Counted from the first letter of the stretch, positions 26,606 to 35,565 are shown. The stretch: 64,000 nt of DNA from Rhodospirillaceae bacterium (GCA_028822445.1 JAPKDQ010000009.1:6501-70500), one strand, 5' to 3'. Program-made: numbers and translations. Notes: generated from the letters alone by a model not told the origin.

Positions 26606-27691
26606 CTATGCTGGCTTCGTCGCAACGATGGTTTGTAAAAACCCGTTAGAGTTCTTCGGTCCAGGTTTCACATTAAATCCGGCATCTTTGAGTTCTTTGT
26701 GGAAGTCCATGTAGACAAAGCCCGGAGAGTAGGGTTCGCAATTATTGATGGAGTCATAGTCGATCATCCACCGCTGTGAGGCTGGCATGTTTGGTCCCGC
26801 GCTTGGGAACTCGTAAATACAGAAGGTGCCGCCAGGCCGCAGAATACGGAACATCTCCTTGACCGTTTCTTTAATCACCCGGACCGGAATCTCATGGAAC
26901 AAGATGTATGATAAAACCATATCGAACTTGTCAGCATCAATTTTGGTTTCTTCTGATAGGCCTTGAACGAAGTTAACATCGACCCCGCGTTTTACCGCTT
27001 GCCAGTGGGCGTACTTAACCATCGGCAACCCGACATCTAAGCCGGTTATTTCTGAGTCGGGATAGCGGTCTTTGAGGATTAAAGTGCACTGGCCAATGCT
27101 GCAGGCCAGGTCGAGAATTTTATCGACTTTGCCGTCTTCTGGTGGGGTTAGCGTATCGACAATTTCCGCATGAAGTTCGTCTTGGTCATTGGCGCCAGCG
27201 TAGAAAACTTTAGTACCATAATGGTACACGATGCCCCCGATGGGGTCGTCCGTGTAGCCGCCCGGTTGAAGGTGAATTTCACGGCGGGCGTAATTCGGCA
27301 CTTTAAAATTCGGATCAAGGGTCAGTTTGCCAGGGCCTTTGTTCTGGGCGTCATCCATGGCGTTGACTAAATCGTCCTGAAACGGCTCAAAGGAGCCTCG
27401 TGTCCGACGCCACATCATTTCCTGGTGGGTGCGCATGTAGCGCTGCCAGGTGGCCGGCAGAGGCAATTTGTTGATCACCTCTTTGATATCTTTGATATCG
27501 GTCGTGTCGTTGGTTTCGCCCAGGGCTTCAGCCACAGCCTTCTCACCTTCGGCGGCGACGGTCGCAAAGGTACCGTATCCGGCAATGCCGCGGAATGTTT
27601 CTACGAAATCGAGGTAACTCTCGTCCGATAGTCTGGTCGTGCGCGGTAAAATGCCGTTGTAGCCACGGGATAAGGCGACAGAGGTACTCAT
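26606..27691 (-). CDS. Class I SAM-dependent methyltransferase with ~180-aa N-terminal extension (cassette copy 1)
   Basis: Motif I variant ILDLACSIGQCT, post-I GLDVG and LRPGG. N-terminal region has IHLQPGGYT. Start overlaps the stop of the upstream small gene (ATGA at 27688-27691). Paralogue of 38947-40134. Confidence 0.8.
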   Translation of the reverse strand: MSTSVALSRGYNGILPRTTRLSDESYLDFVETFRGIAGYGTFATVAAEGEKAVAEALGETNDTTDIKDIKEVINKLPLPATWQRYMRTHQEMMWRRTRGSFEPFQDDLVNAMDDAQNKGPGKLTLDPNFKVPNYARREIHLQPGGYTDDPIGGIVYHYGTKVFYAGANDQDELHAEIVDTLTPPEDGKVDKILDLACSIGQCTLILKDRYPDSEITGLDVGLPMVKYAHWQAVKRGVDVNFVQGLSEETKIDADKFDMVLSYILFHEIPVRVIKETVKEMFRILRPGGTFCIYEFPSAGPNMPASQRWMIDYDSINNCEPYSPGFVYMDFHKELKDAGFNVKPGPKNSNGFLQTIVATKPA

Positions 27692-28053
27692 GATTGTTCT
27701 CCTGGTTCATCTGCAGGGTCCATGCCGAATTTAACGTCAACTGAGCCGCGAGACATGCGCCTAAACACATTTGACACAAGTTCAGCGCGCTCGGCGGCGC
27801 GCGCGGCATTGTCTTCTGGGGTGGGCTCGTAAGCTTCGATCAGCGCGCTAATGTTCTTGCCATTGCCTACAACGTCTTGCAACACGCGCTCGAGGATCAT
27901 TGAGCGATCCCGGTAGGTCCATACGGCCGCTGTTAATTCCAGCAAGGACTCATGGAGGTTATCGATTACTTGGTTGTCGAAGAACTGCTTGCCGGCGCCG
28001 TTTATTTCGTCGCCGAATACGAAGCGGGGGTCTTCTGGGGGCATGTTGTCCAT
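27688..28053 (-). CDS. Small (121 aa) acidic protein of unknown family (cassette copy 1)
   Basis: ORF with tight coupling on both sides (12 nt after the MFS stop, ATGA overlap with the MTase). Distant but recognisable similarity to 38596-38937 (FD.., ERVL/ERLL, A(Y/F)(E/R)P, RAEL/REAL, SNVF/SNRVF). Confidence 0.6.
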   Translation of the reverse strand: MDNMPPEDPRFVFGDEINGAGKQFFDNQVIDNLHESLLELTAAVWTYRDRSMILERVLQDVVGNGKNISALIEAYEPTPEDNAARAAERAELVSNVFRRMSRGSVDVKFGMDPADEPGEQS

Positions 28054-28065
28054 CTGTCTCTTCCT

Positions 28066-29436
28066 TTACGCGAGTTCTGCATCAATTTTACGAATATGTT
28101 CAGCATAGGGTTTCTTGCCGTAGAACAATATGGCGGCACCAATCAGCATGACGGTTGGGCAAACAACGCTGATTGAGTAACGAATAAGGTTTGGGTCGCC
28201 TAGAACATAGTCTGTGAAGACTGCCACTAAAAATGGCCCTCCGCCTTGACCTATGACATTAGCCACAAGAAGATATATAGCGACCATTTGCCCTCGCAGC
28301 CTGTTAGGCACAATCAACGGCAGGGCAGACGGCCCAGTGCCAAAGGGCATGGTGCCAAAGAAGACGACAGGCGCGAGTAAAATCAGCGACAGATCTTTGT
28401 CGGGAACTAGGGTGAAGGTGGCGAGAAACGGCGTTGCTAAAAGGGCGGAGATAAATCCGGCGCGCATATTTGAATCATTGTAGCCGCGACCCTTAAGCCA
28501 GTCTGAAAATAGCCCCCCGGTTACTACACCGGCGGAACCCAGGGTTACGAAATAGAGTCCAAAAATACTACCGATCTCGCCCGCCGTCATACCGTGGGTG
28601 CGCATAAAATAAGCTGGGACCCAGGCGCTGACTGAAAACATTGCAACGGTTAAGAATGTAAAGCCGAAGACAACAGGCAAGATCACTGTGTTATGGTCGA
28701 CTAAATATTGCCACGCCTGACCCAAAGAGAGGGCCTCATCTGTATGGCTGGCGGTTTTTGGCGTTGGAGTTCCAAGGCGTGGAGGTTCCCTTACCAGTAG
28801 CCATACGATCAGTGCAAATATAAGCCCGGGGATAGACACAATCAGAAAGGTCATTTGCCAAGGCCGAATGGTCCCTAGTAGCCCCATATCAACCGGGCCG
28901 ATTTCTGTCATTTTGCTAATCACAAAGCCACCGACCAGCAGCGCAATTCCAGTGCCGAGAAAACTTGATCCCGTGAACACGCTCAACGCCCGCGTGAGAC
29001 TCTTGCGCGGGAAGTAGTCAGCGAGCATAGAAAACCCAGCCGGAGACAAAGTCGCTTCGCCAACCCCAACCATCATCCGCGCTATAAACAATTGCCAAAA
29101 TACTTTCGCGAGGCCGCAGATGGTCGTGGCGATGGACCACAGCACCATACCCGCAAGAATGATGGTCTTACGATTTTTGGAATCGACCAGTCGCCCCATG
29201 GGAATGGCCGCAGCGCTATAGAACAACGCGAACGCAAACCCTTGCAGCAAACTCACCTGCGTATCAGAAATGCCCAAATCTTCTTTGATCGGGTCTACCA
29301 AAAGGCTAATGATTTGGCGATCAATAAAAGAAATAATTGCAGCTAGACACAACATAAGAACCACGAACCAGGCATATCCGTCGGTTCGAAACGCGAAGTT
29401 TGGATCAGGCTTGGTCTCGCTCGTTACGTCATTCAT
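28066..29436 (-). CDS. MFS transporter (anion/organic-acid permease-like)
   Basis: 456 aa, about 12 TM helices. MFS signature GRLVDSKNRK after TM2. Confidence 0.85.
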   Translation of the reverse strand: MNDVTSETKPDPNFAFRTDGYAWFVVLMLCLAAIISFIDRQIISLLVDPIKEDLGISDTQVSLLQGFAFALFYSAAAIPMGRLVDSKNRKTIILAGMVLWSIATTICGLAKVFWQLFIARMMVGVGEATLSPAGFSMLADYFPRKSLTRALSVFTGSSFLGTGIALLVGGFVISKMTEIGPVDMGLLGTIRPWQMTFLIVSIPGLIFALIVWLLVREPPRLGTPTPKTASHTDEALSLGQAWQYLVDHNTVILPVVFGFTFLTVAMFSVSAWVPAYFMRTHGMTAGEIGSIFGLYFVTLGSAGVVTGGLFSDWLKGRGYNDSNMRAGFISALLATPFLATFTLVPDKDLSLILLAPVVFFGTMPFGTGPSALPLIVPNRLRGQMVAIYLLVANVIGQGGGPFLVAVFTDYVLGDPNLIRYSISVVCPTVMLIGAAILFYGKKPYAEHIRKIDAELA

Positions 29437-29445
29437 AGAATGGTC

Positions 29446-31035
29446 CTAGCCAGCAATTAGGTCGGCGGCTTTCTCGCCGATCATCAGTGCAGTTGCATTG
29501 GTGTTGCCGCTAATAAGGTCAGGCATAATGGACGCGTCGGCAACACGCAGGCCGTCTACGCCACGGACCTTTAAATCAGGCGTCACCACAGAATCAGAAT
29601 CTGATCCCATGCGGCAGGTGCCGACGACATGGTAGCCAAGAAACGCGGTCTTGCGGAGGAACGCAGCCCACTCATCGTCACTCTGTACATCTTCGCCTGG
29701 CAGGAGTTCAGCTGTACGGTGTTGGGCAAAAGCAGGGCCAGATAATAGTTGTCGCACAGACCGGCACCCTTCGATCAGTTTCACCAAGTCTTCTTCATTG
29801 TCAAAAAGATTATGGGTGATGATTGGCGACGCCAACGGGTCGTTCGACTTTAACCTCACAGTGCCGCGTGTCTTGGGGTAGGCGATATTGACGGCAGCCG
29901 AAATCGCGGGCTTATCGTGGGGAATGACCCCATTCTCATCAAAGCTAAAGGCGTAGGGCCCCAGTTGAATTTGCAAGTCAGCGTAATTCTGAGCGGGGTC
30001 CGATTTGGTGAATGCTACAGCATGCGGGTAGGGGCTGGTTGCTGGTCCGCGACCGAATAGCAACCAATTAGCGGCATGCAGGATAATCTTCCAGCTGTTG
30101 ATTTCTGTATTGTAGGTCGACTGGTTGACCTCAATACTCACCATGCCCTCGGGATGTTCTTGCAAGTTTTGTCCGACGCCGGGTGCATTGTGTCTCACAT
30201 CGATGCCATGGTTTTTCAAGTCTTCTTCCGGACCGATGCCACTGAGCATGAGTATTTTCGGTGTTGAAAGTGTGCCAGCGCTGATCGTCACACTGGCGCT
30301 TGCTTTTACCGTTTTGACCGAGGCGCCCTTTTGGTAACGAACGCCGGTACATCGCGATCCGTCAAAGGTCAGGTTTGTCACCATAGCCCTGGTTATAATC
30401 TTAAGGTTGCGTGGTTTTTTCCCTGGCCACAGATAGGCACGGGCAGCGTGATAGCGCCATCCCCGGGACTGGGTTACTTGGCTATAGGCGACACCAAGTT
30501 GTTCGACACCGTTGTAGTCCTCGTTGAAGGGTATGCCGGACTCTTTTGCGGCCTCAACAAACACATGGGCGAGCGGATGCGTGGTGCGCAAATGGTTAAC
30601 GTTTATAGGGCCGGTGCGGCCTCGTACCGCATGGTCACCAATCAAGGTTTGTTCAAGCCTTTTAAATACAGGGAGGAGGTCATCATAGGCCCACCCGGCA
30701 CACCCGTTCTCTGCCCAACGGTTGTAGTCATGGGCCTGGCCTCTAACGTAAAGCATGCCATTAATGGAGCTGGAGCCTCCAAGAACTTTTCCAGCAGGCC
30801 ATAGATCAACTTTGCCATTTCGACTTTGGTCTGGTTCAGCCATATGCATCCAATCCAGACTTGGATTGCCCATGGCCTTTATGATGGCGGCAGGAACGTG
30901 AATGAACGGAGAAAAGTCACGCCCACCGGCTTCAAGCAGCAGAACTGTTTCCGCCGGTCGGTGTTTGGCTAGGCGATACCCCAGCGCAGACCCTGCAGAT
31001 CCACCGCCGATTATGATGTGGTCAAATGATGTCAT
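29446..31035 (-). CDS. GMC-family FAD oxidoreductase (choline/alcohol dehydrogenase-like)
   Basis: FDHIIIGGGSAGSALGYRLA FAD motif and C-terminal HVVGTCRMG...ADASIMP. ATG at 31035 overlaps the LysR stop (ATGA). Confidence 0.9.
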   Translation of the reverse strand: MTSFDHIIIGGGSAGSALGYRLAKHRPAETVLLLEAGGRDFSPFIHVPAAIIKAMGNPSLDWMHMAEPDQSRNGKVDLWPAGKVLGGSSSINGMLYVRGQAHDYNRWAENGCAGWAYDDLLPVFKRLEQTLIGDHAVRGRTGPINVNHLRTTHPLAHVFVEAAKESGIPFNEDYNGVEQLGVAYSQVTQSRGWRYHAARAYLWPGKKPRNLKIITRAMVTNLTFDGSRCTGVRYQKGASVKTVKASASVTISAGTLSTPKILMLSGIGPEEDLKNHGIDVRHNAPGVGQNLQEHPEGMVSIEVNQSTYNTEINSWKIILHAANWLLFGRGPATSPYPHAVAFTKSDPAQNYADLQIQLGPYAFSFDENGVIPHDKPAISAAVNIAYPKTRGTVRLKSNDPLASPIITHNLFDNEEDLVKLIEGCRSVRQLLSGPAFAQHRTAELLPGEDVQSDDEWAAFLRKTAFLGYHVVGTCRMGSDSDSVVTPDLKVRGVDGLRVADASIMPDLISGNTNATALMIGEKAADLIAG

Positions 31036-31943
31036 GCAGCAAGCGCGGGCCAATCTGAGAACGACGCGCGGGCTGCTTCAATAAAGTGCTGAACTGCTGG
31101 GCGACGGGCTTCTGAATAGCGCAAAATAAGACCTGATGATCGTTCAAAGGTCGCGCCCTTCAATTCTAAGCATTTTATCCGGCCACCTGCTATGTCCTCT
31201 TCGAGGAGATGCTCTGGCAAGATGCTCGCGTAATTACCGGACAGAACGAGTGAGCGGAGGAGGGAGAGAGAGTTAGTTTCAATTGCCGGCCGACCCATTG
31301 TCAAATTCTCTGTCGCAAATAGGTCGGCGAGCAACGACGACACATGCGCTTGGCGCACAAGTGCGAGGTTACAGCCTCTTACATCGGCCCAGGTGGTGCG
31401 TGACTTTCTGGCTAAGGGATGACCTGCGCTGATGACGAATTGAGATCGCACGGTTATCAGCGGCTCGAAGACTAACTCTTCATCAGCTATACCCGGCGGA
31501 AAATTCGTGATCAGGGCTTCGACGTGCGCGGTCTTTAGGTCCATGATGAGGTCTTCATAAAACCCCTCGGTGACGTTGAGGGTAAGGCCTGGAACTGCTT
31601 TGGCGAGACGGACCAACACCTTAGCCATGGGATCTCCTGCAAACATTGCTGCAACGCCAATATTGAGGGAGCCTAGCTCGCCCTTGGCCGTTGCGGTGAC
31701 GTCGCTTGCTGTGTTCTCTGTCTCATTCAAAATCATCTTGGCTCGATGGTAGAGCCGCGTTCCGGCCTCAGTCGGCGCGATGCCGCGCGGCTGTCGTTCT
31801 AGAAGTTTTGCGTGCAGTCGGGCTTCTAGGTTTTTGATGCTGCGGGTCAGAGCGGGCTGGGTGATGCACAAAACAACGGCGGCGGCGGATACTGTTCCAC
31901 TCTCTATGACGGCGACAAAATGCCGCAATTGCTTAAATTCCAT
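31032..31943 (-). CDS. LysR-family transcriptional regulator
   Basis: MEFKQLRHFVAVIESGTVSAAAVVLCITQPALTRSIKNLE HTH. 303 aa. Confidence 0.9.
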   Translation of the reverse strand: MEFKQLRHFVAVIESGTVSAAAVVLCITQPALTRSIKNLEARLHAKLLERQPRGIAPTEAGTRLYHRAKMILNETENTASDVTATAKGELGSLNIGVAAMFAGDPMAKVLVRLAKAVPGLTLNVTEGFYEDLIMDLKTAHVEALITNFPPGIADEELVFEPLITVRSQFVISAGHPLARKSRTTWADVRGCNLALVRQAHVSSLLADLFATENLTMGRPAIETNSLSLLRSLVLSGNYASILPEHLLEEDIAGGRIKCLELKGATFERSSGLILRYSEARRPAVQHFIEAARASFSDWPALAA

Positions 31944-31975
31944 AACCTACCTCGATTTTTCAGTCTAAGTATGGC

Positions 31976-31990
31976 TATATAAAAACTATA
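31976..31990. promoter_or_regulatory. Candidate LysR-type box (TAT-N9-ATA dyad, TATATAAAAACTATA)
   Basis: AT-rich dyad in the 189-bp divergent region between the LysR gene and the 32133 operon. Only a pattern match. Confidence 0.2.
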
Positions 31991-32132
31991 ACTTCCAGTG
32001 TTTTTTCATACTTTATCTATAAAAATAATGAATGGATTTATTATCACTTTGATTTGGCCCTTTGTTATTCCAAAAGGCACACTTCGGATAGAATGCGTGG
32101 GGGTTCTGCGGCGTATTAAATGGGGTTTTTCT

Positions 32133-32936
32133 ATGCAAATGATCGATATAGGGGATGCGGAGTTGGCGACGTGGCGCGAGGGTAAGGGAGACCCGGTTTT
32201 TCTGATTTCTGGTTTAGGCGGTCGGGCCGCGTTCTGGTCTGAATTGATCACAGGCCTCGCACCGCACTTTGACGTCATTTCACATGATCACCGTGGCACA
32301 GGCGCGAGTACGAAATCCAAAATTGACTACTCGATATCTCAGATGGCCGATGATGTAATGAAGCTGATGGGCGCGTTGAATATTCCCAAGGCGGCCTTGG
32401 TCGGGCATTCCACCGGCGGTGCGATCGCCCAGCACCTTGCGCTTAATCATGCAGAACGTATTACGAAAATTGTTTTAAGCGCAACATGGGCGGGGCCCAA
32501 CCTCTATTTCAAGACTTTGTTTGAGTTACGGTCTCAGATTCTTCGTGATGCTGGACCAGAGGCCTATATGATCGACGGAATTTTACGGGCGCACCCTCAT
32601 GATACTGTCTCGAATACCCCGGCATTGTTGGCGGCAACTAACGAAGAGCGACTTGCTGCATTCCCTGGAGAAGAGATTGAACAGTCTCGTATTCGCGCCG
32701 TGTTGGCCCATGATCTTCGAGCTCAAGTTCCCAACATTGCTTTGCCGTCCTTCGTTATTTGTGCAGAAGATGATCAAATCACGCCGGTTGGTTTTTCCCA
32801 TGAGCTGATCGATCTTATTCCAAACGTCCAAAGCACCCTCCTGCCACGTGGCGGGCACTTCATGCCGCGCGTGGAACCAGATGCTTATAATGCAGCGGTG
32901 TTATCTTTTCTTACCAATACACAATCGGAGATGTAG
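32133..32936 (+). CDS. Alpha/beta hydrolase (3-oxoadipate enol-lactonase-like)
   Basis: PVFLISGLGGRAAFW, nucleophile elbow GHSTGG and C-terminal GGHF. ATG at 32133; the track ORF from 31998 adds an implausible extension. Confidence 0.85.
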   Translation: MQMIDIGDAELATWREGKGDPVFLISGLGGRAAFWSELITGLAPHFDVISHDHRGTGASTKSKIDYSISQMADDVMKLMGALNIPKAALVGHSTGGAIAQHLALNHAERITKIVLSATWAGPNLYFKTLFELRSQILRDAGPEAYMIDGILRAHPHDTVSNTPALLAATNEERLAAFPGEEIEQSRIRAVLAHDLRAQVPNIALPSFVICAEDDQITPVGFSHELIDLIPNVQSTLLPRGGHFMPRVEPDAYNAAVLSFLTNTQSEM

Positions 32937-32938
32937 TC

Positions 32939-33448
32939 ATGGCGACAGAGGTTGATGTCAAAGCACCATGGTGGGCAGTTGTTGGTCCAGACGAAGGTGA
33001 GTCTATTTGGCAGCCAGAACCATCGGAGGGTTATGTGACCGTCAACCTGACGCCAGAGAACACTCCCTATGACGGCTTTTCATCGGGTATTCAAGTTCTG
33101 CCGCCGGGATGCCATGTCCGCGAACATGGGCATTTGCAAAATCACGAATTAATCTTCATCTATGAAGGTACTGGCCGGTGTGAAATCGAAGACGAGATGT
33201 ATGAGATTGGTCCTGGCTCGACCGTGATGTTCGGGCGCTATGCAAAACACTTACTTGAAAATACGGGCGACATAGATATGAAGTTGTTCTGGGTTTTCAT
33301 GCCGCCAGGACTGGAAGATTGGTTTCGCGCAATCGGTAAAGTCCGCACGCCGGGTGAGCCCATACCAAAAAAATTCTCGCGACCGGAAGATGTGATGGAC
33401 GTGATGAAGGCTATGAAATTTGTGCCGCGACCGGCAGACGCAAAATAA
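32939..33448 (+). CDS. Cupin-domain protein
   Basis: Cupin motifs HGHLQNHELIFIYEGTG and GPGSTVMFGRYAKHLLEN. GGAG RBS. Confidence 0.8.
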   Translation: MATEVDVKAPWWAVVGPDEGESIWQPEPSEGYVTVNLTPENTPYDGFSSGIQVLPPGCHVREHGHLQNHELIFIYEGTGRCEIEDEMYEIGPGSTVMFGRYAKHLLENTGDIDMKLFWVFMPPGLEDWFRAIGKVRTPGEPIPKKFSRPEDVMDVMKAMKFVPRPADAK

Positions 33449-33472
33449 TCTTACGGAGACCAGGAAATAGAA

Positions 33473-34462
33473 ATGTTAGTGCTTAATCGAGACGCTGTAT
33501 CAGCTAGCCTCAGTCATGCTGAATGTGTCGACCTCATGGCTGCGGCCATGCGTGTAGTTTCCAGCCGAGATATCGTCATGCCACTGCGTCAGTTTATGGC
33601 CGTGCCCGATACCGAAGGAAAGTTGGGCATGATGCCTGGGTACTTGGGTAAGACCAATGATACCGAGCCTACTTTTGGTATTAAGGTCGTGAGTAAGTTC
33701 CCGCGAGAATCTGGCAGCCCCCTTTCAAGCCATGTGGGTGCGGTTATTTTGTTTGAAGCTAAATACGGCCTACCTATCGCGTTTATGGATGGCCGAGAAC
33801 TGACAGCTATCCGCACCTCAGCAACGACGGCGATGGCGACGCGGGTGTTGGCGCGTGAAGATGCAGCATCAATTACATTCATTGGCTGTGGTGAAGAAGC
33901 CCGGCATCACATTCAAGCTATTCTGTCAGTACGCCCGATCAAAAAGATCACCGTTTGGGGTCGCAATTTGAATCGCGCCAAGGCCTTTGCTGCTGCGCAA
34001 GACTTGCCGTTGGGCGTTGCTATTGAAGTCGAGTCTGACCTTGAAACAGCAGTGCGAGAGTCAGAAATTTTATGTACGGTGACGTCATCGACGCAGCCGA
34101 TCCTCAAAGGCTCATGGTTGCAGTCAGGTGTTCACGTTAACCTTGTCGGCGCGGCGGTTCGGACGTCTGCGGAAGCCGATTCGGATGTGGTGAAATGTAG
34201 CCGATTCTATGTCGATTATCTGCCATCTGCGATGGAGCAAGCGGGTGAATTAGTTAACGCTATTGAAGCAGGCCTGGTGACGCCCGGGCATGTTGTTGGT
34301 GAAATTGGCGGCGTCCTAAATGGTGATGCACCGGGTAGGGCCTCGGCCCAAGAGATAACAGTGTATAAGTCTTTGGGTGTGGCGGCGCAGGATTTAGCTG
34401 CCGGTGTGGCCGCCGCGAAGAATGCAGAAGCGGGTAATATTGGCACGTCTGTTGAGTGGTAA
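33473..34462 (+). CDS. Ornithine cyclodeaminase / mu-crystallin family protein
   Basis: TAIRTSATTAMATRVLAR and Rossmann FIGCGEEARHH, typical of the OCD/mu-crystallin family. Confidence 0.85.
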   Translation: MLVLNRDAVSASLSHAECVDLMAAAMRVVSSRDIVMPLRQFMAVPDTEGKLGMMPGYLGKTNDTEPTFGIKVVSKFPRESGSPLSSHVGAVILFEAKYGLPIAFMDGRELTAIRTSATTAMATRVLAREDAASITFIGCGEEARHHIQAILSVRPIKKITVWGRNLNRAKAFAAAQDLPLGVAIEVESDLETAVRESEILCTVTSSTQPILKGSWLQSGVHVNLVGAAVRTSAEADSDVVKCSRFYVDYLPSAMEQAGELVNAIEAGLVTPGHVVGEIGGVLNGDAPGRASAQEITVYKSLGVAAQDLAAGVAAAKNAEAGNIGTSVEW

Positions 34463-34472
34463 GGAAAGCAGA

Positions 34473-35294
34473 ATGATCTCTTTGAAAAAGCGCTTAGAGC
34501 AAAAGGAAATCGTTCGGGTGCCTGGCATCTATGATGCGCTGACCGCAACGCTGGCAGAAAAGGCCGGGTTCGAGGCTACGTTCATCTCGGGCTCTGCCGT
34601 ATCCTTTAGCCAACTCGCTAGGCCCGACATTGGGTTTGTGACGCAAACAGAAATGGCTCAGGTGGTGGACCGTGTACGCGATCGAATCTCAATCCCTTTG
34701 TTCGTTGACGCGGACTCTGGGTTTGGTAATGCGTTTAATGTGGCGCGTACGGTACGAATGTTTGAACGGGCCGGGGCCTCCGGTATTCAGATCGAAGATC
34801 AACTCAATACTAAGGTCGTTACTGAAGTTAGCAGTCGCCCCTTAGTGCCCACCGACGCGATGGTCGGCAAAATTAAAGCTGCATTGGATGCCCGCCAGTC
34901 CGAGGACACTATCATTAGTGCCCGTAGCGATGCGATGTTCACTGAAGGGGTGGGCGCCGCTTTGGAACGCGCTGTCGCCTATGCCGATGCGGGCGCGGAT
35001 ATGGTTTTCGTCGAGGGCCTGACAGAAGCCGATGACAGAACAAAACTCTGTGACGCGTTGAAAGACCGCGTTCTGCTGTTGTTTAACCTGTTGAAGCCCG
35101 GGGCGCTGGGTACACCATCGCCGGAAGATTTAGAAGTCCAGGGCTACGACATCGTGTTGTTTCCATCGGCTGTCATCGGCCCAGTCGCCAACGCGGCGTG
35201 GCAATCGTTAAACCAGCTCGCTGGAAACGATGTCCCTAAAGACTCTATTCCTGTGACAAATCTGATTGATATCAACGCGCAGTCGAAGTGTTAA
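34473..35294 (+). CDS. Isocitrate lyase/PEP mutase superfamily protein (lacks canonical KxCGH loop)
   Basis: VPGIYDALTATLAEKAGFEA, LFVDADSGFGNAFNVARTV and GIQIEDQ motifs. After EDQ the sequence reads LNTKVVTEVSSRP instead of K(R/K)CGH. ATG 34473 with AAGGAAAG upstream. Confidence 0.8.
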   Translation: MISLKKRLEQKEIVRVPGIYDALTATLAEKAGFEATFISGSAVSFSQLARPDIGFVTQTEMAQVVDRVRDRISIPLFVDADSGFGNAFNVARTVRMFERAGASGIQIEDQLNTKVVTEVSSRPLVPTDAMVGKIKAALDARQSEDTIISARSDAMFTEGVGAALERAVAYADAGADMVFVEGLTEADDRTKLCDALKDRVLLLFNLLKPGALGTPSPEDLEVQGYDIVLFPSAVIGPVANAAWQSLNQLAGNDVPKDSIPVTNLIDINAQSKC

Positions 35295-35510
35295 TGTTGT
35301 AGGGCCGTGCCTTAAGCTGTTTCATGACTGCCATTTTTATCTCATCCTTAAACTATAATAAATAAAATTGTTAAATTTAGTGACTTGCTCAAAAGCCTGC
35401 TCTTTATAATAATCTTCCGCGGTGTTTTCAGGCGTGCATGGGCTCATTACGAGCAAAGTCGATTTTTGGTTATTGGGTCGGGAACCTTACATTTTTCTCC
35501 AGGGCCCGAA

Positions 35511-35540
35511 CTGACTCATCTCTAACCGTTTGTGTATAAT
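35511..35540 (+). promoter_or_regulatory. Sigma70-like promoter candidate (CTGACT-N18-TGTG-TATAAT, extended -10)
   Basis: Read from the sequence in a 270-bp AT-rich gap. The -10 ends about 25 nt upstream of ATG 35566, which is preceded by GGAGA. Confidence 0.35.
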
Positions 35541-35565
35541 CACCGCGACTGAATTGGAGAGTGTC

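Noticed and set aside
26606-28053. Small gene + larger gene pair as a toxin-antitoxin module
   Set aside because: The larger partner is a clear class I SAM-methyltransferase of 361-395 aa. Gene order is not fixed, no HTH/RHH or known toxin fold is visible, and the context is metabolic operons.
30331-30804. 157-aa ORF antisense to the GMC oxidoreductase gene (29446-31035)
   Set aside because: Shadow ORF inside a CDS that has clear FAD and GMC signature motifs.
31998-32132. 45-codon 5' extension of the alpha/beta hydrolase ORF
   Set aside because: AT-rich promoter-like DNA giving an implausible Ile/Phe-rich peptide. ATG 32133 gives the canonical hydrolase N-terminus.
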